DNA from: Candidatus Thorarchaeota archaeon
Lineage (GTDB): Archaea > Asgardarchaeota > Thorarchaeia > Thorarchaeales > Thorarchaeaceae
Assembly: GCA_011364905.1 (NCBI GenBank)
Contig: RDNZ01000024.1
Location: 1 to 43,269 of the forward strand
DNA: 43,269 nucleotides
Direction of reading: 5' to 3'
The notes below the pieces were generated by a model, which saw nothing but the letters and a program-made list of their open reading frames with translations, did no database searches and had not been told where the DNA came from. The position numbers and the translations under genes are program-made. Shown here one piece after another: positions 35,888 to 43,269 of this stretch (positions are counted from its first letter, which is position 1; each line of letters starts with the position of its first letter).

Positions 35888-37398
35888 TCAAGTCTAAGTC
35901 CAGATATCGCGGAATAGAGTTCCTTGAATTTCTTGTACCCCTTTTGATAGACCTCAAGGGTTTCTTTTGTCGGTTTTAGAGGAGGAAGTGTCCGGACCAT
36001 CTCTTCAGCCGCTTCCGCAACTGACTTGAAAACACCTATTCCTTTGCAGGCAAGTATTGCAGCGCCCACGGCAGTGGCCTCCTCCATTTGCGTTCTGATT
36101 ACAGGCATTCGGAGAACATCTGCTTGTATCTGCATCCATGTTTCACTTCTTGCAGCGCCTCCAGTGACACGTACCTCTTGAGATGGCAGACCAAGTTCTC
36201 GCATTACCTCTACGTTTGTCCGAATCTCATACGATACCCCCTCTAGAATCGCTCTGATTATGTGAGCACGAGTATGGCCTAGTGCGAGGCCTGCAAAGAC
36301 TCCTCTTGAATACGGATTCCAATTCGGGGCTCCTGCACCAACAAAGTGCGGAATGTGAATCACCCCCTCAGATCCTGGAGGGATCTTATCGGCCTCTTCA
36401 GTGAGAACCTCGTAGGGATCAATGCCACGATCATCAGCAATAGTTCGTTCTTCGCTACCAAGGTTGTCCCTGAACCATTTCAACGCAGAACCCGTTGTGA
36501 ACATACTTGCTTCCACAACGAATGCACCTGGAACAACATGACGGCTACATAACACCCGATGACCTGGATCAAGTCGCACAGTCTTGGAGTACGCGAGGAT
36601 GAAGGTTCCAGTTCCGGTTGTTGATTTCAGCCGTCCTTCTTTTACGACACCCACACCCAGAGCTGCGCATTGCTGATCGCCACCTCCAGCAATTATGGGA
36701 GTCCCCTCTTTCAACCCTGTTTCAGCAGCAGCCTTAGCTGTAAGTTCGCCAACCTTGGTTCCTGACTCAACTGCATCAGGGAGTTTCTCATTTGGAATTC
36801 CAAAACTATCAAGTAGTTTCTCTGACCAACCTGTCCTTCGTAAATCAAAGAGCATTGTTCTGCTGGCATTGGAGAAGTCTGTCACAAACGCTTCCGACAA
36901 CCGATAGATAAGATAGTCATGGACCAACAGGAACTTGCGGGTCTTTTCGAAGATCTCCCTCTCTTTCTGCTTAATCCAGAGAATCTTGGGTGCAGAGAAA
37001 TAGGGGTCGACTGTGAGTCCTGTGATGGAATAGACAGCGTTCTGTGTGATCTCTTTCTTTATCCATTCGCATTGTGGCACTGTTCGACGGTCCTGCCAGA
37101 CTATTGCATTCCGGAGAGGAGTCCCATTCTCTCCAACTGGGACTATTGTTTCTCGCTGATTAGTCACACTAATACTAGCAACTTTTTCTGGATCCAAGCC
37201 AGTCTTTGATAGAGCGCTTCTAATGGTTTCACAGGACTTGGTCCACCAACTCTCAGCATCTTGTTCAACCCAGGATGGGTGGGGAAAGGAGCTCAGATAC
37301 TCTGCATACGCTCGCCCCAAGACATTACCAGCGGTATCAAAGAACATTGACCGAACGCCGGTGGTACCGGCATCGATGGCAAGCACAATCTCTGTCAT
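35869..37398 (-). CDS. FGGY-family carbohydrate kinase (xylulokinase/glycerol kinase-like)
   Basis: AIDAGTTG, WVEQD, TNQRET, AIVWQDRR, TDFSNASRT, GGGDQQCAALG, TGTG, RAILEG, TGGAARS. Confidence 0.92.
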   Translation of the reverse strand: MTEIVLAIDAGTTGVRSMFFDTAGNVLGRAYAEYLSSFPHPSWVEQDAESWWTKSCETIRSALSKTGLDPEKVASISVTNQRETIVPVGENGTPLRNAIVWQDRRTVPQCEWIKKEITQNAVYSITGLTVDPYFSAPKILWIKQKEREIFEKTRKFLLVHDYLIYRLSEAFVTDFSNASRTMLFDLRRTGWSEKLLDSFGIPNEKLPDAVESGTKVGELTAKAAAETGLKEGTPIIAGGGDQQCAALGVGVVKEGRLKSTTGTGTFILAYSKTVRLDPGHRVLCSRHVVPGAFVVEASMFTTGSALKWFRDNLGSEERTIADDRGIDPYEVLTEEADKIPPGSEGVIHIPHFVGAGAPNWNPYSRGVFAGLALGHTRAHIIRAILEGVSYEIRTNVEVMRELGLPSQEVRVTGGAARSETWMQIQADVLRMPVIRTQMEEATAVGAAILACKGIGVFKSVAEAAEEMVRTLPPLKPTKETLEVYQKGYKKFKELYSAISGLRLDYEESA

Positions 37399-37455
37399 CC
37401 ATCTCACTCTTGACACTGAGAGCAAGTCCTCGATAAGAAGCCTTCGAGAGCAGCA

Positions 37456-37743
37456 TCAGCGGTAGCTCAACTCTGAGTCAATGACCTCTCTAATATCTCG
37501 TCGAGGTCCTATATGCGACATCTTGAACTTGTAGTCCTTCTTTAACTGCTGCTCAAGTTTCATCGCATCACGCCGTGTTTCACATTCGGTCAAATAGACC
37601 ACATATGCAGGTTGGTGTGTTTTGAGGTATGCAGCAGAATGGGAGTTGCCTGAGAGATGTTCCTGAAATCGTCGTGCGACATCATTGGTCATGCCAGTAT
37701 AGTAAGTCCCATCCTCAGTTTCAATAATATAGACGAAATACAT
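37456..37743 (-). CDS. GIY-YIG nuclease family protein (UPF0213-like)
   Basis: YFVYII...DGTYYTGMTND..RR..EH..G and A..LE..LK. Confidence 0.88.
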   Translation of the reverse strand: MYFVYIIETEDGTYYTGMTNDVARRFQEHLSGNSHSAAYLKTHQPAYVVYLTECETRRDAMKLEQQLKKDYKFKMSHIGPRRDIREVIDSELSYR

Positions 37744-37934
37744 CGGAACAACTAGAAAAGACGCTCTATAGGACATAAAGGTCTTTGTGAAATAACATGT
37801 CATATGTTCGCAGTAGAAAGAAGAGAAAGGATGGAATCAGGCTAAGTTGCAAAGCCGGCTTGTATCAGGAGTAATGGGACGTTCACTATATAGATATCAA
37901 TCAAAACAGGTACAATTCTTACTTGTGAATTTCA

Positions 37935-38888
37935 ATGCCAGGACTCATTGCTCGGAAAGTCAATGGCGATTTGAATTGGTTCCCTCTGTTTGACTATGAA
38001 AACAATCATTCGTTTTGTCCACCACCAGGAGAAGAAACAGGAACATTGGTCGGTGAAGACTGGTTTCCAGACAAGACTCTCTCAGGATACTGGACGCCCG
38101 AGCAGTCACAAGGTCAGAAGAGGAGGATTGGCGGTGGTTCATCATTCATTGTGTTGCAGGATGGAATGCTTAGGTACTTCCCCTTCAAGGACCATACATT
38201 CTTAGTCCCAGATGCTGGGAGGATTGTTGGGAAGAATTTCAGACCCACTCTTGACTACTACGTAGCTGAATGGACAAACAATGGAACATCAGACCTACTT
38301 GTAAGGGATGAAGACGGAGACCTCAGACTCCATCCTTTTGATGGCCACTCATTTATTGGTCTTGGAAAAAAAGAGAAGATTGGCCGTGGATTCACAAAGG
38401 AATTTGCTCCGGAAATTTACCCCGGTCATTGGACAAGCGAGAACAATCCAGACCTACTTGTGAGAATGGACAATGGAACTCTTGTTGTTTACCCATTTGA
38501 TGGAGAAATGATTTGCGACGGGAAGAAATTCGAAGTTGCAACGGGATTTGGCAAAGACTATTCTCTACTTTTAGTTGATGAATGGTTAAGAAATGGTAGT
38601 CCAGACATAATTGCATTACGACATGGAAGTCTAATCCTTTTTCCATATGTTTTCAACTCCTTCAAAGGGAATCCACAAGCTACAGTGGGGACAGGATTCA
38701 GTTCAGATTGGATCTATACTACAGGCCATTGGAGAGCCGCAGGTCGTCCCGATTTGGTTGTCTGTGATCCAATGAAGAGAATCAAGTTCTATCCATTTGA
38801 TGGAGGGAAAATGGTCGATTTAGGGCCAAGCGCACAGATTGAAGCCAAATGGAAGGCGACTCATTTCTGGGATTTCTATCCAGTCTGA
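37935..38888 (+). CDS. Six-repeat FG-GAP/VCBS-like beta-propeller protein
   Basis: Six repeats of about 50 aa with consensus W(T/R)xxGxPDLLVRxxxGxLxxYPFDG...VGxGF. Confidence 0.8.
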   Translation: MPGLIARKVNGDLNWFPLFDYENNHSFCPPPGEETGTLVGEDWFPDKTLSGYWTPEQSQGQKRRIGGGSSFIVLQDGMLRYFPFKDHTFLVPDAGRIVGKNFRPTLDYYVAEWTNNGTSDLLVRDEDGDLRLHPFDGHSFIGLGKKEKIGRGFTKEFAPEIYPGHWTSENNPDLLVRMDNGTLVVYPFDGEMICDGKKFEVATGFGKDYSLLLVDEWLRNGSPDIIALRHGSLILFPYVFNSFKGNPQATVGTGFSSDWIYTTGHWRAAGRPDLVVCDPMKRIKFYPFDGGKMVDLGPSAQIEAKWKATHFWDFYPV

Positions 38889-39012
38889 TATGTCTGAAAC
38901 GGAATGTAGGTGTATTCAGGAAAAGATTCAGAAGCAGGGATCTCAAAATGGGTCACAACCACAGAGGTTAACGGAAGGATTAACAGGAAAGCACCAAATC
39001 AAGAGGATAATC

Positions 39013-39960
39013 ATGATAGGAACAGCAGTTGTGACAGGAGCTGCAGGATTCATTGGCAGCTGTCTTGTTGACCATTTATTGAGAGATGGCTTCTCCGTAA
39101 TAGGGCTGGACAATCTCAGGACTGGTACGAAGGAAAATCTGACGGAAGCCTTGAGCCACAATAACTTCAGATTCGAACAAGTGGATATATGCAGCAAGGA
39201 CATTGCAAGTGTAGTAAGAGAATCAGTCGATGTCGTTTTTCATCTCGCCGCTATTTCGTCAGTCAAATTCTCACTCGAGAATCCCGTCGAGGTCAACAAA
39301 GTGAATGTATCGGGAACACTGAATGTCCTGGAATTGGCTCGAAAGCTTGATGCTAAACGGTTTGTTTTCAGCTCTAGTGCAGCTGTATACGGTGATCCAA
39401 AACGCCTACCTGTGAAAGAAGACACGCCACTAAGCCCTTTGAGTCCGTATGCCGCCTCCAAGATTGCTGCTGAGATGTACTGCCTATCATATGGCGGATT
39501 ATACAAGATGACCCCAACCATCTTTAGATATTTCAATGCCTTCGGACCTCGACAGGAGTACTCTGAGTACAGTGGTGTGATTCCAATCTTCATCAGTCAA
39601 GCACTCCAAAGCAACGAAATCACGGTAGATGGAGATGGAAGACAGACAAGGAGTTTCATCCATGTGGATGATGTGGTAAGGGCAACATACTTGGCAAGCC
39701 AACAAGAGAACCATTTGGCATCCACCTTTAACCTATCGGGAAGCGAGTCAATTAGTGTTTTAGACCTAGCTAGGATGGTCAAGGAGCTAGTCCCTGAGTC
39801 AACTTCGAATATTGTCTTTCGTGATGCGCGTGAGGGCGATGTGAGAGACAGCATTGGGAGTATGGAGAGAACCTCCAAAGTCCTGGGATTCTCTCCAACA
39901 ATCCCATTCAAGGTGGGTCTTGACCAGACTGTATCATGGTACCGCTCTCGCACTAGGTGA
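39013..39960 (+). CDS. NAD-dependent nucleotide-sugar epimerase/dehydratase (GalE/WbpP-like)
   Basis: VTGAAGFIG, FHLAA, SSSAAVYG, SPYAASK, RYFNAFGPRQ, GDGRQTR.F. Start is ATG 39013 after GAGGA. Confidence 0.93.
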   Translation: MIGTAVVTGAAGFIGSCLVDHLLRDGFSVIGLDNLRTGTKENLTEALSHNNFRFEQVDICSKDIASVVRESVDVVFHLAAISSVKFSLENPVEVNKVNVSGTLNVLELARKLDAKRFVFSSSAAVYGDPKRLPVKEDTPLSPLSPYAASKIAAEMYCLSYGGLYKMTPTIFRYFNAFGPRQEYSEYSGVIPIFISQALQSNEITVDGDGRQTRSFIHVDDVVRATYLASQQENHLASTFNLSGSESISVLDLARMVKELVPESTSNIVFRDAREGDVRDSIGSMERTSKVLGFSPTIPFKVGLDQTVSWYRSRTR

Positions 39961-42900
39961 TCGTCAAAGGCAGATTGACTTGATCCACTGCGCCAGCATC
40001 AGTGCGTAACACAACAATGATCAGATACTGTATCAGAACTGTGCCAGAAGGCAGGAATGCTGTCAACATGGGACTGGTCCCGTAAAGGTCACCTGCGCCT
40101 ACAGATCCGATGTCCATCGTGAATGTCTTATTTGTTGCAGAGATGTTTGGCACGATATCTAATCCATGCCAAGACACTGAGATGTTGGCTACTGGGGAGA
40201 AAATGACAATGTCCAGATACAAGTGCTGTGTGATGTTGTCATTGTTTCGCATTAGGGTGACTAGACTTGAATGTTCCCCAGAGTTGATTGTGACGGGATC
40301 GAGGGTGACACTTTCAAAACCAACCGCACCTGCCTCTACAACGGTCTGATTCAGAAGTCCAAACATCTTGTAGTATGCTTCAACAACGGTTTCACCTAGC
40401 TCAACCCGGTCACCAGTCTTTACATCGACCAGTCCGACGCCACCCAGCTTCTGGATGACTCGATTTGTGGAGGTTTCAACTTCCAGGAAAACTGGTATTA
40501 CGAAGAACAGATCTCCACCAAGCTGATAGAGAAGTCTGTTTCCATACCGATGGTCACCCCATAGCTGCAGCTGAGTTCGTACAACGTCAACCGTTTCGAA
40601 GGCCTGAACCGCGGCAGTGGGGCCCAGCCAGCTGGAATACCCATCCTCGCCAGCCTTGTAAAAAGTGAAATTGCCGAAGTCAATGTTCCCGCAACCCATG
40701 ATGTAGACTCCTGCAAGGTTATGAGCTGCGGATTGAAGGAACTCGGCATTGTGATATGCAACGAAGCGCTGCACGCCTTCAATGTTCATTACGACATATC
40801 GGGTGTCTGATCCATCAGGGCTCTGATGGAAATCTACACCAGTACTCCACTGTTCTCCTGAGGTGACATGGTAGATATAGGCAACATCTAGCTGCCGCTC
40901 GTAGAGGTCCTCAGGCCACTTCAGCTGTGATTGAAGCCAATCAGGCGTATCAGACCAGTTGTAGTAGTTTCTATATGTGATATCTAGGAAGAGAGCTTCG
41001 TTTTCGGTCGGTGCCAAATGAAAGGTCATCTCTCCAGTTTCAACATCTACGAGACACACTCCCATGAACCGCATGTAGTTCTCATGCGCATAGCCGGTTG
41101 ATAGAGGATAATCGATGTATATTGATACAGCGTAGTAGATGTTTCCTGAGGGATCAACTACAATGTATGGATCTTGATCAATAGAGAGACCTTGAAGCAT
41201 GATAGATTGAACCCTGGAAACAATGTTCCTCTCCACCAGCATATCCATGTCTCTACCTAGGTATGACCACGCCTTTGGGCCCATGGTCAGGATGTAGTAG
41301 AATGACTCAAACCCTCGAAGTGTGTAATCGGGGGTTCCTTCAAATGTGGCATTTCCCACCTCTTGAAAGTTAGGAACATTAACGAACACAACATCACTGA
41401 ATCCCCTGTCCTCGCCATAATAGAAATTGATGTCTGCAGTCCGATTGAAAAGAGAAACGAGGGGTGCATCTTCGATAAGCTCTCCACTGAATGCATCAAG
41501 AACCAGAAGGCCTTCGGTATGTGTGTAGAGGATATGTTGATTGATGAAACTCGTCCATGTCGCTGTTGTATCGAATGTGAGAGGCGCTATCCAATATTCA
41601 TGGTCTTTCAGAAAGACTATATCCGAGTCTGCAAGCTGCATCCAGTTAGTTCCTATTTGATTGCGCATTCGCAAACTGCTCGCGGTCTGGTCCCACTGTC
41701 TAACATTAGTGAGCCGCTCTACATCGCTTGCTGGAGATGCATTCAGTGTCAAATCCGTGATTGGCTTTTCTTCAAAGTCACTTAGTCCAGCAGCCCAATT
41801 TGTGATTTCAATCTCCTTGTTAGTCTGTAAGTTGAACTTCCAATCGATGTAATGGTCACCATTCATTTGGATACCGTAGTAGAGTCCTTGAACAATTGGA
41901 AGCATAACAACAATCGCAATTAGGAGGATAGAAACCATTGCAAAGGACTTCTGTGAACCTCCCAGTGGGATAAGTCGTTCAATTTTCAGCCGTCGAAGTT
42001 CATTCGAGATGTTCACACGATCTTGCATAAGGAGATTGACGCGTTGTCTGTAATCTTCCGCACTTATAGCACCAGCTTCGTATTCCTGACGCAGAGAGAG
42101 AAGCTCACCTTGCAGTCTTGCCAAATCTCCCTCAAGTGATGCAATTTTGCTTCTGAGACGTTGATGGACATCTCCTGAGCGAACTCTCACTAGCATGAAG
42201 ACTACCGAGCCAACGATGCTTGCGCCAAGAGCTATAATCAAGGCCAGATAACTCATCCATGTACCAGCATTGACCGTCCAAGTTGGTACACTGAGTATCT
42301 CCAGAACCAAAGCTAATGAAACTACAACAAGACCTTTGGAAACAATTACAAAAATATCGCGACGTTGAAGCATCATGTCTGTGATTATGCTCAAGACAAG
42401 TCGGACCGCTGTCGCAACAATCACTGTAGAAACAAGTCCTACATAGAGCTGATAGGCCTCCATTGCTGGAATCAGACTCTGGATTGAAGCAGCGGTGGTT
42501 CCCGGAGCAAAAGGCAATGAGAACATAGTTGCAACCTCACCAGGAGTTACTGAAATAGACCCATCGGCTGTAAGCATAAGCAAGAACGCCACATTTTGTC
42601 CAGTGACTGCGTATCCTCCAATGGAAACGTAATAGACAAAGAAGCCTCCCAACTCGAGAAGTCTCCACAGGACTCCTGTGCGGATATCCAGTCTCTTCAG
42701 ATGTGTCCCGGTCTGCGAGAGAGCTGAGATGAAGGATAACGAAGTTGAACGAGTCCATAAAGTGAAGAAACTACTGAGGATAGCAAGAAGAAGGGATGCA
42801 GTGAAAACGTTGTTCTTAAGCGTCCAGGTCTGCCAGAAATCAACATGCGCTTTGTTATTGAAGGTGTGGAGGTAGATCTTCTGTCCGAGCCACCAGCCAT

Positions 42901-42973
42901 ATGCAGCGCCTCCAGCAACTATTCCCACTACGATTATTATAATCAGAACGACTAGCATCCGAAGGTACTTCAT
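39953..42973 (-). CDS. UPF0182-family membrane protein with a coiled-coil/SHOCT-like insertion and a C-terminal Ig-like domain
   Basis: Several N-terminal TMs, then VRQWD, FINQHILYTH..G, YYGE, DPYIVV, VD..TG, P..L...Q....YHVT, GN.L. Confidence 0.85.
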   Translation of the reverse strand: MKYLRMLVVLIIIIVVGIVAGGAAYGWWLGQKIYLHTFNNKAHVDFWQTWTLKNNVFTASLLLAILSSFFTLWTRSTSLSFISALSQTGTHLKRLDIRTGVLWRLLELGGFFVYYVSIGGYAVTGQNVAFLLMLTADGSISVTPGEVATMFSLPFAPGTTAASIQSLIPAMEAYQLYVGLVSTVIVATAVRLVLSIITDMMLQRRDIFVIVSKGLVVVSLALVLEILSVPTWTVNAGTWMSYLALIIALGASIVGSVVFMLVRVRSGDVHQRLRSKIASLEGDLARLQGELLSLRQEYEAGAISAEDYRQRVNLLMQDRVNISNELRRLKIERLIPLGGSQKSFAMVSILLIAIVVMLPIVQGLYYGIQMNGDHYIDWKFNLQTNKEIEITNWAAGLSDFEEKPITDLTLNASPASDVERLTNVRQWDQTASSLRMRNQIGTNWMQLADSDIVFLKDHEYWIAPLTFDTTATWTSFINQHILYTHTEGLLVLDAFSGELIEDAPLVSLFNRTADINFYYGEDRGFSDVVFVNVPNFQEVGNATFEGTPDYTLRGFESFYYILTMGPKAWSYLGRDMDMLVERNIVSRVQSIMLQGLSIDQDPYIVVDPSGNIYYAVSIYIDYPLSTGYAHENYMRFMGVCLVDVETGEMTFHLAPTENEALFLDITYRNYYNWSDTPDWLQSQLKWPEDLYERQLDVAYIYHVTSGEQWSTGVDFHQSPDGSDTRYVVMNIEGVQRFVAYHNAEFLQSAAHNLAGVYIMGCGNIDFGNFTFYKAGEDGYSSWLGPTAAVQAFETVDVVRTQLQLWGDHRYGNRLLYQLGGDLFFVIPVFLEVETSTNRVIQKLGGVGLVDVKTGDRVELGETVVEAYYKMFGLLNQTVVEAGAVGFESVTLDPVTINSGEHSSLVTLMRNNDNITQHLYLDIVIFSPVANISVSWHGLDIVPNISATNKTFTMDIGSVGAGDLYGTSPMLTAFLPSGTVLIQYLIIVVLRTDAGAVDQVNLPLTIT

Positions 42974-43170
42974 CGTCAGTTTCCTCTCTCGTTAATGTAT
43001 TTCCACTGAAAGGGAGACATAAGAGGATGTTGTTTTTCATGCACTTCGTACTTGAGGTCAATGTGATTTCAATAATATCATAGGAAGACGCCATTAAGCA
43101 CACTCAAATCCACTTCAGTATAACAACTGAAGTTCTTAGGAGATATCTTCATTCAACGAAAGGAGGCGCT

Positions 43171-43269
43171 TTAGATCTCTATCAATGTTCCACGATTCAC
43201 CGGTGTACAGGTAATGTCGCCAATGACGTTTACAGATTCAAGTCGTACCCAATAATAGCCTGTCGAAAC
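43171..43269 (-). CDS. Possible 3' end of a gene entering from beyond the window
   Basis: Minus-strand frame open from the window edge: ...VSTGYYWVRLESVNVIGDITCTPVNRGTLIEI*. Only 33 codons are visible. Confidence 0.35.
   Translation of the reverse strand, partial: VSTGYYWVRLESVNVIGDITCTPVNRGTLIEI

Noticed and set aside
37456-37743. GIY-YIG protein as a homing endonuclease or mobile element
   Set aside because: It is a short stand-alone UPF0213-type domain, with no DNA-binding extension, intron, intein or terminal repeats seen.
38839-39012. 58-aa N-terminal extension of the epimerase overlapping the propeller gene
   Set aside because: The Rossmann motif begins right after ATG 39013, which has its own GAGGA RBS.
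1-43269. tRNA, rRNA, CRISPR array, transposase, or selenocysteine read-through
   Set aside because: Intergenic gaps are short (up to about 240 bp) and showed no cloverleaf or repeat-spacer pattern by eye, and no recognised protein appears cut at an in-frame TGA. tRNAscan/Infernal would be needed to exclude small RNAs.

Overview
A gene-dense archaeal chromosome segment with about 41 CDS. I found no tRNA, rRNA, CRISPR array or recognisable mobile element. A strongly Rab-like small GTPase, A/V-type ATP synthase subunits, TrmI, GGAGG/GGTGA ribosome-binding sites and several all-helical proteins suggest an Asgard archaeon, probably Thorarchaeia (inference from gene content only). Main points of interest: (1) a 127-aa protein built as coiled coil + Pro/Gly linker + a C-terminal motif closely resembling the Ena/VASP F-actin-binding and WASH central helix, a candidate archaeal actin elongator or bundler; (2) a complete but divergent bacillithiol-type bshB/bshA/bshC cluster whose BshC carries a four-Cys Zn-ribbon-like insertion; (3) a HerA/FtsK-family ATPase with an acidic Pro-rich hinge and an adaptin-appendage-like tail; (4) ATP synthase genes I, H-E and C-K split over three differently oriented units, without A/B/D/F, and flanked by two candidate assembly-factor membrane proteins. 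All family assignments come from motif recognition by eye; no searches were run.
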